From a virus (Duplodnaviria; Caudoviricetes): a DNA stretch of 64,000 nucleotides. This document shows, piece after piece, positions 20,207 through 31,256 of this stretch. The position numbers and the translations under genes are program-made. Below the pieces are notes generated by a model. That model saw only the letters and a list, made by a program, of their open reading frames with translations. It was not told the DNA's origin and made no database searches. The stretch is from the IMG/VR virus record IMGVR_UViG_3300021399_000113, positions 32,001 through 96,000 of that record. One strand, 5' to 3'. Positions within the stretch are counted from its first letter, which is position 1. Each line of letters starts with the position of its first letter.

Positions 20207-20247
20207 ATTGTATAGTTAGATACTACATATTGAAGGAGATTGTCTTA

Positions 20248-20469
20248 ATGACACAAACAGTAGATTTTTATACCACTGGTTGCCCTAAATGTAAAGTGTT
20301 AGAGGCTAAACTTACTGCAAAAGGGCTACCTTACAACATAATATCAGATGAGGAACTTGTGATAAAAAGAGGGGAAGAGTTAGGTGTCTCTTCAGCCCCA
20401 TTCCTCGTAGTTAATGGGAAACTTTTAGATTTTAATAATGCAATAAAATGGATTAATGAGGGGAAGTAA
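20248..20469 (+). CDS. glutaredoxin/NrdH-like protein
   Basis: CPKC, SAP.LVVNG; directly upstream of RNR. Confidence 0.8.
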   Translation: MTQTVDFYTTGCPKCKVLEAKLTAKGLPYNIISDEELVIKRGEELGVSSAPFLVVNGKLLDFNNAIKWINEGK

Positions 20470-22786
20470 ATGAAAGTTCTGATTGGTAACGTTGCTGTTG
20501 ACAGCAGATTTGAGAAGAAGTATAGAGAATTATTAACTAAATATGGTGAGAACATCTGTCGATTAAACGGAGTATCAGCGGAACAATTAAACTCAGACAA
20601 TTTTTTAGTTAGTGTTGGAGATTGTGACACCATTGCAGATATATCTATTGATGGGTCAGCAAATGTAACAAATAAAGATATTACTACTATTCTTGGGGAA
20701 ATGCATAAATCCGAGAATAAGCTGACTTGCCTTAATAAGATATATACAGAGATTATTAAATTATCAAATAAGGCAGTAGCAGATAAATGGCTTGAGTCAG
20801 AGTGGGTGGGATATTTATATCTTCACGATGGGAACACTTCTTCCTACGTCCCATATTGTTATGCTCACGATTTAAAGGAGCTTGCAGAACACGGCTTATT
20901 TTTTGTAAATAATGTTACTGCTGTTCCTCCTAAACATTTAGGAACATTTGTAGATTTTGTTAAAGAATATATTAATTTTGTAAGTAATCGACAATCTGGA
21001 GCAGTCGGATTGCCCAACTTAATTCCATATATGTATTACTTCTGGAAGAAAGATGTTGATAATCAGTATATGGGGCTTACAGAAAAGTATCATGAGGCAT
21101 TTGCTAAACAGCATATTCAGAGGTTTATATTTGCTGTAAATCAGCCTTATGTAAGAAATGGAATACAATCAGCATTGAAGTAAGTGCCTTTGTGGGGTGA
21201 CCCACATCGAAAACCATGTGAATTGCTGAAATGAACTTTAGTTTATTATGAAAAAAATTCATAATAAACATATAAAGTCAATTAGCAACCAAGTTAATTA
21301 CTAAATGTAATTAAAAGGTTCAGAGACTATCGAAAACTAAATATCCCCGTTTCAAGAAATTGATAAATGTTTTATAACAGGGGGATTGAATATAAGGTGT
21401 GTACGCACACGAAGCGAGTAGAGTAGAGGTCAAGTGACCTCGAAGTGCATGGGTTCTTAATTATATGGTAACAGTATATTAAGAATGTGATATAGTCCAC
21501 TCTCTATGGTGACATAGAGAAGTTCAAAAGAGAACTGCATAACTGTAACGAAGTTATGTGAATATTTGGTTACAAACACAAGTATATTTGACCATGAGTA
21601 TTTAATGGCACTCTTTGGTGGAGCAACATTCCCAGATGGCTCATTTATGGTTGATGAGATTGAAGGAATTATGACATTTCAGAAGTGGTTCATGGAAGAG
21701 ATGTCAGAAATAAAAAAGACAAATATGTTCACATTCCCAGTCAACAGTATTTCAATGCTTAAGACAAAAAAAGGTGAACTTGTAGATGAAGAGTTCTGTA
21801 AGTGGGCTATTGAGCATAATATGAAATGGTCAGACAGTAATCTTTTTGTTGATACATCTGTTAATTCATTGTCTAACTGTTGTCGCCTTAAATCAGATAT
21901 TAACAATCTTGGTTTCTTCTCATCTATTGGTGGTACAGCATTGTCAGTCGGAAGTGTTAAGGTGTCCACGATTAATCTTGCTCGTATTGCTTATGAAAGT
22001 AGTTCTGAGGAAGAGTATTTAGAGAAGTTAACAGAAATTACAAAGATTAACTGTGAAGCACTTAATGCAGTACGTCATGTAATTCAGCGTAATGTTGAAA
22101 AGGGATGGCTTAAAAACTTTACATATAAACTTATGGACTTCAAACATCTTTATAACACTATTGGTATTATAGGTGTTTACGAAACATTTAAATCATTTGG
22201 ATATGTAACATTTGATGAACTTGGAGATTGTTACTACACAAAGCAAGCTGAGGACTTTGGCAAGCGCATTTTTGAAACAATCAATAAGGTCAAAGATGAA
22301 TATGCAAAAGATAAAGACTATATAATCAATATTGAGCAAATTCCAGCAGAAAGTGCATCTGCTAAGTTGATGAAGAAAGATGAATATTTCTGCAATAATG
22401 TAGTAAATGATTTACCGCTTTATGGTAATCAGTTTGTACCTTTGGGAGTTAAAGCTACGTTAGCAGAAAGAACAAGAGTTGCATCATTGTTTGATAGCTA
22501 CTGTAATGGTGGTTCAATTCTTCATATCAACATTGATTCACCTTTCACCAATTTTGACCAAGCATGGAAGATGTTTAAGTATGTTGTAGCGCAGAATGTA
22601 ACTTACTTTGCGTTTAATACCAAGATAAACGTTTGTAAGAATAGACACTCATTCTATGAGAGTAAGTGTCCAGAGTGTGGTGGTAAGGTTACAGATACCT
22701 ACACGAGAATTGTAGGGTTCTATGTTCCAGTATCTTCATTTAGTGCAGAAAGAAAAGCAGAATATAAATTAAGACAGTGGGCTTAA
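20470..22786 (+). CDS. nrdD: anaerobic (class III) ribonucleotide reductase, two exons (20470-21175 + 21570-22786)
   Basis: YLHD, YCYA, QSGAVG; spliced junction QSAF-TNTSIFD; SNCCRL, EQIPAES, NGGSILH, C..H...CPECG, TRIVGF glycyl-radical loop. Confidence 0.92.
21176..21569 (+). mobile_element. group I intron without ORF (394 nt)
   Basis: Exon ends in U pairing with G in P1 (GCAU|U...AGUGC); GAATTGCTG/TTAGCAACC (P/Q), TCAGAGACTA (R), GATATAGTCC (S); terminal G; splicing restores the frame. Confidence 0.9.
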
Positions 22787-22791
22787 TATTT

Positions 22792-22824
22792 AAGAGTGGT
22801 TATGAAAATGACCACTCTTATTTT
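22792..22824 (+). terminator. intrinsic terminator
   Basis: AAGAGTGGTT/GACCACTCTT stem + T-rich tail after nrdD. Confidence 0.65.
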
Positions 22825-22833
22825 AATGAACTA

Positions 22834-22862
22834 TTGACAATTTTATTTTTCTGTGTTATAAT
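22834..22862 (+). promoter_or_regulatory. sigma70/SigA-type promoter
   Basis: TTGACA-N17-TATAAT with TG. Confidence 0.75.
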
Positions 22863-22889
22863 GTCCTTACAAACTACGGAGGTAGAGAG

Positions 22890-23905
22890 ATGAGAAGACT
22901 TACTGGACTGTTTACAAATTATGAATATGGCTATTTCAATGAGACAGAAGCTGATAAGGATTACTACAAGAGACTCTACAAGAATTACGGACGCAAGAAC
23001 ATTAAGGTTAAGAGAGTAGCAAGCGATACCAAGGGACTTAAGATGTACGAAGTTACTTATGATATTGTGTGAGGTGTATATTATGAAGATTGTAGAAAAG
23101 AGTTTAACAGTAACTGTAAAAGTGGAGAGTATCGCCTATGGAGATGTCTTTCGCTACAGCGATGGCTGTTATATGAGAATTGCTGACGAAACATATGATG
23201 AAACAGAAGAGGAAAAGTGCCCTGTGGTGGATTTATCTACTGGGGATGTTTATCATTTTCCGTTTGATAAGAGTGTTACTCCTGTCGATAAAGCAAAACT
23301 CGTAATCGGTTAGAAATATGAATAAGAGACAATGGAAAAAACGTAAAATAAATACATATAAGTGTTGCAAATGTGGGAGGGTCGTAGGATTCCTCCCTAA
23401 GTCTCTATGGAATATTGGATTTCAGCACCCATTCTGCGTCTGCCCAAATTGTAGACCCTTTGTAGATTTTGCGTATCATCCAGTGGTACTAATAAATCCA
23501 CCCATAATAGATTATACACAGTCTCCATTAAGGTTTACAAGAGGTTCATTTAATCCATTAGTAGTATTGAAATACGTCCCTTAACATTAAATGTTGACAT
23601 ATCTCCAATTATGTGGTATTATAGTATCAGAAAGAGAGGTACTGAATATGAATATTACAGAGAACACAAAAGTTTGGGAAATTGAATCACAGAGTGTAAA
23701 CCATTTTGACCTTGATGCAAGGTTTGACAGTCGTAAGTCTTTCTATGGCAAGGCAAAGGTTTACGTAATGAAAGATGGAACACAGGTTCTGGTTTCTTAT
23801 TCAACCATTGTTTCCATCTATAAGGATGGTAAGGTAACACATTTTGGAAAGTGGTCACAGACCACGACACGACATCAGAGAGAGTTTGAAAGGCAGTACG
23901 CATGA
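22890..23905 (+). other. four small hypothetical ORFs between nrdD and nrdG
   Basis: ORFs 22890-23072, ~23083-23313, 23318-23584, ~23648-23905, with own promoters. Confidence 0.6.
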
Positions 23906-23906
23906 C

Positions 23907-24365
23907 ATGAAATTAACACACATATCTGACTATGATATAGTCAATTATAAAAAAATATCAATGTTCTTGTCCACATATAAATGCAACATGAAATGTGGGC
24001 AAGAATGTCAAAACAAAGAACTGTTGGAATATGCTGTTAAAGATATTCCCAACAGTCTTATTGTTAAATCTTTTGTGGCAAACCCACTAACAGAGGCAGT
24101 GGTTATTGGTGGGTTAGAGCCACTTGATGATAAAGAGGATGTTTTTGAATTTATTAAGGATTTTAGAAAGTATTGTGATAATGATATTGTTATCTATACA
24201 GGCTATACAGAAGAGGAAGTATCTGCTACTGTATTAGCCTTGAAGTGCTTTAAAAATATTATTATTAAATTTGGAAGATACATCCCAAGAACAAACAAGA
24301 GATTTGATGAAGTGCTGGGGGTAACTCTCGCCAGCAAAAATCAGTACGCAGTGAGGATAAGTTAA
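23907..24365 (+). CDS. nrdG: anaerobic RNR activating protein
   Basis: C..KC...CQN, GGLEPL, IVIYTGY, IIKFGRYIP, GVTLAS.NQ. Confidence 0.85.
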   Translation: MKLTHISDYDIVNYKKISMFLSTYKCNMKCGQECQNKELLEYAVKDIPNSLIVKSFVANPLTEAVVIGGLEPLDDKEDVFEFIKDFRKYCDNDIVIYTGYTEEEVSATVLALKCFKNIIIKFGRYIPRTNKRFDEVLGVTLASKNQYAVRIS

Positions 24366-24641
24366 ATGACAGACAAAGAGAAAGCAATTATGCACTTAAA
24401 GACTATCCTAAAGCATAAAAAGGAAGTTGCTAAGTGTTGTTTTAAGATGGGTATTCCGTGGCAAGGAGTAACCCATGATTTATCTAAATTCACTCCAAGT
24501 GAGTTTGGAATTTATAAGTATTATGATGGGTCAAGAAGCCCTCATGAAGTAGCCAGAGAAGTATTAGGGTACAGCCCTTATTGGATGTTTCATAGAAATC
24601 GCAACAAACATCATTGGGAATTTTGGTTATCTAAGGGGTGA
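24366..24641 (+). CDS. DUF5662-like HD-related protein, N-terminal fragment
   Basis: HL.TI..HK, HDLSKF.PSEF, G.RSP, W.FH..RNKHHWEFW then stop. Confidence 0.7.
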   Translation: MTDKEKAIMHLKTILKHKKEVAKCCFKMGIPWQGVTHDLSKFTPSEFGIYKYYDGSRSPHEVAREVLGYSPYWMFHRNRNKHHWEFWLSKG

Positions 24642-24670
24642 TTTAAATATCTATAAATAGAAGTGAGTTA

Positions 24671-25423
24671 TTGCATTTAGGAATCTTCATTGATAATGAA
24701 GCCTTTAATGCTTATTGTGATATTATTGATAAAAATCGTGATAATGGGGTTTTCATAAAAGACACAGAGAAGCATCATATAGTTCCACGAGCCTACTACA
24801 AACTCAATCAATTACCAATTGATAATTCAGTAGATAATCTTGTAGTATTATCTCATTTTGACCATTGTTTATGTCACTATTATCTGTGTGATTGTCTTGT
24901 GGGCACACTAAAATATAAGAATATACATGCTTTTATGCGAATGGTAAAAATACATAGCAGATTTGAGTTAAATTTTGATGAATTTTTATCGCTTGCTCCA
25001 AAGTTCAATGATATTTATAAACAATTCATTGAGAATCAGTCAAAATTAAATGCTACATCGGCAGAAAAGCGTGGTGGCGGCCCGACTAAAGGTAGGCACT
25101 CTTATACAAATGGAATCACTAATGTGTTTACTACATCTTGTCCAGAAGGTTATTGGGCTGGAAGAACTGTTAAAAAGTTTTCAGATACAACCAGAAAGAA
25201 GATGTCCATAAGTGCAAAAAGACGTTCAACTGCGGGGTATAAATCAAAGATGAAAGAACGACTCACTGAGTATTATGCAAATCATTCTGGAAGTGCAACT
25301 GGCAAGATTTGGATAACTGATGGTAAGGTATCCAAGTACATGCAAAAAGATGCTGAAATCCCAAACGGATGGAGAAAAGGAAGGACGATTAAAAGGAAAT
25401 GTGGTATAGAGGAAGAAAAATAA
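24671..25423 (+). CDS. free-standing HNH-type homing endonuclease with NUMOD-like C-terminal repeats
   Basis: EKHHIVPR...DNLV.L...DH..CH..L; TRKKMSISAK; YTNG..N / WITDG..SK..GWRKGR. Confidence 0.8.
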   Translation: MHLGIFIDNEAFNAYCDIIDKNRDNGVFIKDTEKHHIVPRAYYKLNQLPIDNSVDNLVVLSHFDHCLCHYYLCDCLVGTLKYKNIHAFMRMVKIHSRFELNFDEFLSLAPKFNDIYKQFIENQSKLNATSAEKRGGGPTKGRHSYTNGITNVFTTSCPEGYWAGRTVKKFSDTTRKKMSISAKRRSTAGYKSKMKERLTEYYANHSGSATGKIWITDGKVSKYMQKDAEIPNGWRKGRTIKRKCGIEEEK

Positions 25424-25431
25424 ATAAGCAC

Positions 25432-25755
25432 ATGGTGGAGTACTGGATGGATAATGAGAAAAAGGACGATTGGACACCTATTAAGATACCCTATAAGTAT
25501 GTTATAGAGATGTTCTGCGATTTTGTGGGGGCTGGAAAGGCATATCAGAAAACTAAGTGGACACTTGCAAGCGCATGGGAATATCACTCAAGATGTAAAG
25601 CAAACAGACTTTTTGAAGCACACACTTTATATCTTATCGAAAAATTACTTTGGAACTTAAAAGAAGCAAGTTCTGAAGAGGCTTTTTATGCTTGGTACAA
25701 GCAGGCAAAACACTATCTGAAGAACTGCTATGAAGATAATATATTAGATTATTAA
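25432..25755 (+). CDS. DUF5662-like protein, C-terminal fragment
   Basis: EYW.D....IPYKYVIEMFCDFVGAGKAY continues the family pattern. Confidence 0.7.
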   Translation: MVEYWMDNEKKDDWTPIKIPYKYVIEMFCDFVGAGKAYQKTKWTLASAWEYHSRCKANRLFEAHTLYLIEKLLWNLKEASSEEAFYAWYKQAKHYLKNCYEDNILDY

Positions 25756-25767
25756 AAGGAGAGAATT

Positions 25768-26643
25768 ATGTCGCATTTTACGGTCGGAGTTATCACGAAG
25801 GGAAGACCATCAGAAGAAGCACTTGAAGAGCTTTTAAGTCCCTATAGTGAAAATTTAGAAGTAGAGCCTTATGTCGATAAGACTAAACAACAGATTATTG
25901 ATGAAGCTATTGATGACTATAAAGCATTGGAGGCTTATAGGGCTGGTCAGACAGAGGATAAACCTTGGTTTATCGGAGAAGACAAGGAAGTAATGACGTC
26001 CAGTAAGGAAAGAATTGCATTAGGTCGTAAGGCTTCAATGAGGGTTGATATATCTGATGAGGACATGATTGGGTATCTCAGAGCGAATGGATATGAAAAA
26101 TATGAGATTGATTCACATGGCAACTTATTAACCACTTATAATCCTAAGTCTAAATGGGATTGGTGGGTAATTGGTGGCAGATGGAATCGTGAGATTCCAC
26201 TTAAGGATGACATTGAGGATGAAGACTTGAATGTTTCTTGTGGAAATATGACTCCAATCTCAAATATTGATACTCATAAATATGACAGTTATAGAACACC
26301 TGAATATTATTCTCGTTTCTGGGATATAAACGTAGAGGGTATGCCTTTGGCTGAAGACGAGGATAAAGAAGATTTCTTTACGATGTACAATAAAGAATAT
26401 TATCGTAAGACTTATGGTGATAAAGAGGCATATATTAGATGTATGAATACATTTTATATGTACTCGATGCTTACCCCAGATGGGGAGTGGCATGAACTCG
26501 GTAAAATGGGTTGGTTTGGTTGTTCTGATGAGGAAGATGGGGCGAGAGTTAAGTGGATTGACAATTTTGAAAAGGATTTCATTACCCCTTATGCCAAAGA
26601 GGAAGATGATTACTGGCTTACAGTTGTAGATTGTCACATTTAA
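25768..26643 (+). CDS. conserved phage hypothetical protein
   Basis: MSHFTV, YNPKSKWDWWVIGGRW, TPDGEW...G.MGWFG, VDCHI. Confidence 0.7.
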   Translation: MSHFTVGVITKGRPSEEALEELLSPYSENLEVEPYVDKTKQQIIDEAIDDYKALEAYRAGQTEDKPWFIGEDKEVMTSSKERIALGRKASMRVDISDEDMIGYLRANGYEKYEIDSHGNLLTTYNPKSKWDWWVIGGRWNREIPLKDDIEDEDLNVSCGNMTPISNIDTHKYDSYRTPEYYSRFWDINVEGMPLAEDEDKEDFFTMYNKEYYRKTYGDKEAYIRCMNTFYMYSMLTPDGEWHELGKMGWFGCSDEEDGARVKWIDNFEKDFITPYAKEEDDYWLTVVDCHI

Positions 26644-26651
26644 AAATTATA

Positions 26652-26689
26652 TAATATCCGCAGTAATTTCAATTTACTGCGGATATTTT
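26652..26689 (+). terminator. intrinsic terminator
   Basis: AATATCCGCAGTAA/TTACTGCGGATATT + Ts. Confidence 0.7.
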
Positions 26690-27535
26690 GAAATGGAGGG
26701 AAATTTATGATAAATCCCAATACCAAATTTTATAAGATTTTGACAAAAGGTGGACACTTTGGGAAAGACTACAGAGAGCTACTTTTTTATGTGTGTGGTA
26801 GAGATATATTTGAGGCTATGAACAGAGCTAAGAATATGGCTGGGGTTAAACACGATGCCACTGATTGTATTATTAAATGTACTGAGATAAGCAGAGAAGA
26901 ATATATAGCACAAAAAGTTAGTGGAAGAAGTGCTTACGACACATACAGACAATATGATGAAAGGGAGATTACTGAGTAATTATGATTACCAAAGAATGTT
27001 TTTGTGCAATTCTAAAATCCATTAAAAGTTTATCTGATAGAGAAGAACAATTAATATCTCTTAACTTACTTCCGATAGAGAATGGATGGGGAGATGATAT
27101 TGGTGCGCTCATTACAGCTCTTGGGAAAGAAACAGAGCCAAATCTTGCAGAAGATGTACGCAAGATTTGTGGTTACCTCGTAGATGGATTTATTTTTGAT
27201 TGGGATTGGGGCACTAAATACGCAGAAGATGATTATCTGATAAAAGTAGATGATGTAAAATATACCCCAAAAACGTTTGAAGAATTGTATGATGTAATTA
27301 TGATTGCCAGTAATACAGAGACAACAGATGGAAGAGACAACAACATATCGTGACATTATTAATAGTTTATCCAATGAAGATTTAGCAGATATTATAGTTA
27401 ATGGGGATATTATACACATGGCTTGCCTTGATTATTCTTGCACCCCCGATGAAGAAGATACTTGTGAAGGTTGTGTATTGAGATTACTTGAAAGACAAGT
27501 AGATGATGACAATCCACTTATAGTTAGGTGAGGGA

Positions 27536-27955
27536 ATGAGATTTCAACTATTAGACGAGGCAGTTTGGTCTATCGAGAAAAATTTAAATAATCATTATCA
27601 TAAACACGTTGCTGGAGACGTGGAGTTTTCAGATAATGAATTTAAACTCATGCGAGAATTTCCAGATGAGGATGCCTATAAAATCAAAAGTGAGGAAATA
27701 TCACTATTGCCAGCACATCACATAGATGTTGATACTCAATTACAGCCACATGTAATTTATGGATTTTTGTCTGAGTATAATGGCAGATACAGAAGAATAA
27801 AAGTGATGCTTAATCCGTTTGTTCATAATCTTGTGTATGTATTAACATACAGCAACGAAGACGATGAGATTATATCTTTTTATAATATGACTATTAGAAA
27901 GATGAAAGATTATTTAAGTACCCACTATGTTCGTGACCTTGAGCCAGACGAATAA
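27536..27955 (+). CDS. hypothetical protein with possible RNase-toxin-like H..KH motif
   Basis: MRFQLLDE leader; LNNHYHKHV...EF...Y. Confidence 0.5.
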   Translation: MRFQLLDEAVWSIEKNLNNHYHKHVAGDVEFSDNEFKLMREFPDEDAYKIKSEEISLLPAHHIDVDTQLQPHVIYGFLSEYNGRYRRIKVMLNPFVHNLVYVLTYSNEDDEIISFYNMTIRKMKDYLSTHYVRDLEPDE

Positions 27956-28267
27956 CATATTGACAAATCTTAATTATTGTTATATAATGTAATCATGAAA
28001 GAGAGGTAATCAATATGACAATATTTGATTTGACAAGTGGTGTTGTTGAAGTGGTAAATGGATGGTGCACTGGCGCTACGGATGTTCTTGAGTGTGTAGA
28101 CAGAGTTGAAGAGTGGCTTAATGACCACTATGAGCTTACCACTGGTGGTGAATATTTCACTGTCGGAAATCGAAATGAAGATGGTTCTTATAACGTATAT
28201 GAAGATGACCTCTCCACAGATAACAGAGTGCTCAGATTCAGAGTTGTTATGTAAGGGGGTATCTGCA

Positions 28268-28840
28268 TTGAACATTTTATATCTTCATGGACTTGGCAGT
28301 TCTGGAAACTCAAATACAGTAAAGCTTCTCAGAGAAGCACTTCCTAACGACACAATCTATGCACCAGACCTTCCTTTTGATATGAAGGATGCAGTGGAAT
28401 ATGTTCGTGAGTTTTATTATAGCCACAGCGTAGATGTAGTTATTGGAACATCTCTTGGTGGGTTTTATGCTTGCCTTTGTGGGGGTGTTTCTAAAATCAT
28501 TGTTAATCCAGCACTTAAGCCTGTCGAGGGTCTTACAAAGGTAGCTGAGAAGAACAATGGGGTATTAACCAATTTTGTAACCAATGAGTCTGTTCCTATT
28601 GAAAAGTATCTTGCTGACAATAAAGTGGCAGACATTGAAAAATATTTCTACGGATTTGTCTTTGATGGTGAACTGATTTCTGAGACGATAGCAGTCTTTG
28701 GTGACCATGATGAATTCTTTTCATTCAAAGATTTCTTTGCTCATTATTCAGATAATTATCATGTAATTAATTGCGGACATCGTATGACTGAAGAGGTCGC
28801 TAAGAAGACAATCCCCAACATTATACAGCATGAAATTTAA
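28268..28840 (+). CDS. YqiA/UPF0227-like alpha/beta hydrolase (esterase)
   Basis: LYLHGLGSS, GTSLGG, VNPA, D and GH triad motifs. Confidence 0.85.
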   Translation: MNILYLHGLGSSGNSNTVKLLREALPNDTIYAPDLPFDMKDAVEYVREFYYSHSVDVVIGTSLGGFYACLCGGVSKIIVNPALKPVEGLTKVAEKNNGVLTNFVTNESVPIEKYLADNKVADIEKYFYGFVFDGELISETIAVFGDHDEFFSFKDFFAHYSDNYHVINCGHRMTEEVAKKTIPNIIQHEI

Positions 28841-29363
28841 GTTAACAGAGCACTTCATTAATTTAGTTAATGATGAAGATAAAAAGAAACAATATGTCAA
28901 TGAGGTGGTAGACCTTATCAATAAAGCATATGCAAATATAGGTGGGGCAAATCTTAACGTGGCAGAAATCATGGAAGATAACATCATGTGGAAACTGTGT
29001 TATCGTGGTGACCATATATCGGCTCTAACTCTATATAAGGTGTATGAGGGTAATAATCGTAAAGCCTTTATTGGATGTACTGATGGTACACCACAAGGCA
29101 AAGCAGATTTATATATGATAATGCGTGAAGATGCTAAACGTGATGTGTTTGTAGAAGTATCTCACGCAATGGAGCATATGTACACAAAATCTGGTGCGCA
29201 ATACATAGACAATAAAACGGCTGAGGCTATTCTTAAACAGCTCAACAAGAAAGTCATATCTCTTGACGATGATGGAATACATTATACACGTAATATTGGT
29301 AATGTACCAAGAGTCAAGGCTATGGTTGGTAAAATCCCATCTTGGTGGATGGGTTTTGAATAA
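28830..29363 (+). CDS. hypothetical protein with MKFKLTE leader
   Basis: 177-aa ORF overlapping the esterase stop. Confidence 0.6.
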   Translation: MKFKLTEHFINLVNDEDKKKQYVNEVVDLINKAYANIGGANLNVAEIMEDNIMWKLCYRGDHISALTLYKVYEGNNRKAFIGCTDGTPQGKADLYMIMREDAKRDVFVEVSHAMEHMYTKSGAQYIDNKTAEAILKQLNKKVISLDDDGIHYTRNIGNVPRVKAMVGKIPSWWMGFE

Positions 29364-29648
29364 GTATTGACAAAAACATAGAGCTGTGATATAATTACCA
29401 TTGTAATGAAGGAGGTATTGAAAATGCTTACAAAACTTATTATGTTTCTCGTACATTTGCAGTATCGTAAAACACGTGCACGTGGATATGGTATCCATTA
29501 CATCGAAGGAACTGGTAAAGATTTCCCTAAATACCTCATTTACACTGAGGATGAAGCGTGTGCTAAGCTACTGAAAGAGGCTGTAGATAGCTTAGAAGAT
29601 GAGTTAAAATATTGATAGTATTTCATAAAAACATGGAGGTGCTCGATT

Positions 29649-30017
29649 ATGGCTAAAAAGGAAATTAGATACCATGAGACAAGTTATTTCGTTTCTTTAC
29701 GTGAAGACCCCAGATGTGGGGGTCAATATGCGAGTAGAATGGTTAAAGAAATGCGATGCTCTAATTGTCACACAAAGGTAAGTGCGAGTGCAAGATTTTG
29801 TCCCTCTTGTGGACAGCAGTTTTCTGGTAAAGAAGATTCTTATGCAAGTGGTATGAAAAAAGAGATTGCCAAGGAGAAAAGAAAACTTACTGCTATGAAA
29901 AAGAAGATTACCTGTTATGACAAAAAGGCAGTTAGTGAGATTGAAAAACAAGAAAAACTTGTTGACGAAATGCAACTCAAACTTTGGAATTATGAATTTA
30001 TTCCTGTTGAAAGTTAA
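29649..30017 (+). CDS. zinc-ribbon protein
   Basis: CSNC...FCPSCG; GGAGG RBS. Confidence 0.6.
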   Translation: MAKKEIRYHETSYFVSLREDPRCGGQYASRMVKEMRCSNCHTKVSASARFCPSCGQQFSGKEDSYASGMKKEIAKEKRKLTAMKKKITCYDKKAVSEIEKQEKLVDEMQLKLWNYEFIPVES

Positions 30018-30023
30018 AGCATT

Positions 30024-30145
30024 ATCTTGGTGACGGAATAGGCAGACGTGGACGAGGATGTAATTAGTTAATCACTATCCCTTAATGGTTTGATACGGCT
30101 TACCTTTTGATAAAAGGATTGTAGGTTCAAGCCCTACCCAAGATA
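30024..30145 (+). ncRNA. tRNA-like RNA with expanded anticodon region
   Basis: ATCTTGG/CCAAGAT acceptor, Leu-type GGAATAGGCAGACG D-arm, GTAGG-TTCAAGC-CCTAC T-arm; ~70-nt centre. Confidence 0.6.
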
Positions 30146-30158
30146 TTCGACTTTTAAT

Positions 30159-30305
30159 ACGGACATGGGCATGGTTCACGCAACTCTTGTGTCTGGATGC
30201 ATACAGATATAAGAGCCGAAGAAGGTCTGAACAATAAGATAGTAAGAGTAGGTCGCTCCTACTAACTGTTATCTTATTTTTGGTTCGAATCCAAGAATGT
30301 CCGCT
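30159..30305 (+). ncRNA. tRNA-like RNA (acceptor + T-arm, two long hairpins)
   Basis: CGGACAT/ATGTCCG, TTGG-TTCGAAT-CCAA; CTCTTGTGTCTG/CAGATATAAGAG and AATAAGATAGT/ACTGTTATCTTATT stems. Confidence 0.55.
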
Positions 30306-30325
30306 TTAAATAGGAGGTTACAACA

Positions 30326-30682
30326 ATGAACATAGAAATTGATGAAAAGAGAGTAGATGAACTTGTAGAAAAGCATATCAATGAACGCATTGATAAAAGC
30401 TTCGATGCCTACATAAACAACGCAGTACAAATGCGTTTGGGCACAATAGCACATCGTATTTCTGAGACAAGCAATGACAGCTATGACTTGATGAAGAAGA
30501 CAATAGAGCGTATAGTGCGGGAAGAAGTGAAAAGACGTTTAGATGAAATGAACTTCTTCACAGAAGAAAAACTTACAGAAATATCAAAAGATATAGCATT
30601 AGATTTATCATGGAAATTGGCACGAGATATAACCGAAATCGTATCTGCTCATCTTGCTCCTGTAGAAGAGGAAGACGATTAA
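30326..30682 (+). CDS. hypothetical protein
   Basis: AGGAGG RBS. Confidence 0.65.
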   Translation: MNIEIDEKRVDELVEKHINERIDKSFDAYINNAVQMRLGTIAHRISETSNDSYDLMKKTIERIVREEVKRRLDEMNFFTEEKLTEISKDIALDLSWKLARDITEIVSAHLAPVEEEDD

Positions 30683-31256
30683 ATCTCGTTGAGTAAGGGG
30701 GGGGGGTTGACAAATCTCTTTTCCTATGCTATAATACCTTCAGAGTTGAGATGGTTGACACACTTTCACATAGGAGGTAATTGCATGGTTGCATATAACA
30801 TCAAATATACTTTGAAAAGTGACCCTACAAGAAGAGAGATATTGGTAGAAGCAAGTAACCTTATGTATGCAAAGAAGAAAATTGCTCGTAAGCATGGGTA
30901 CAAAGCAAGTAGGATGGTAACAATCGAAAGCGTTGGTGTCGTTGGATATATGTAAATAATCAATTGTGTTGGCGGTTATATGCGAAAATATCAAAAACAT
31001 CACTGGCTTCGAGAGGGTATGAAAGAATCCAGAAAGCATTTTAAACGAGAATGGAATCGCAAAGCAAGGCACACTAAAACCATAATGAACCACTGTTCAT
31101 ACAAGAAACTTGCAAAAATATCCATTTTTCGTTATGTACCTTAACAAAGCGGTGTATTAATTATTTAACATGGGTGACTTCGTAATGGTGCGATTCCCTT
31201 GTCGGCAGATGGGGGACGAAAGCGGTTCGATTCCGCAGAAAAACAGACTCTTGCAC

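Noticed and set aside
21566-21569. Independent TTG start for the second nrdD ORF
   Set aside because: Explained by the intron 3' end; splicing restores the conserved QSAFTN.
24627-25431. Group I intron around the HNH gene
   Set aside because: No room for a catalytic core and no R/S (P7) motifs like those in the nrdD intron.
30696-30706. Poly-G tract (and poly-C at ~36154) as phase-variation switches
   Set aside because: Both lie just upstream of -35 boxes rather than in spacers or real ORFs; variability cannot be shown without reads.
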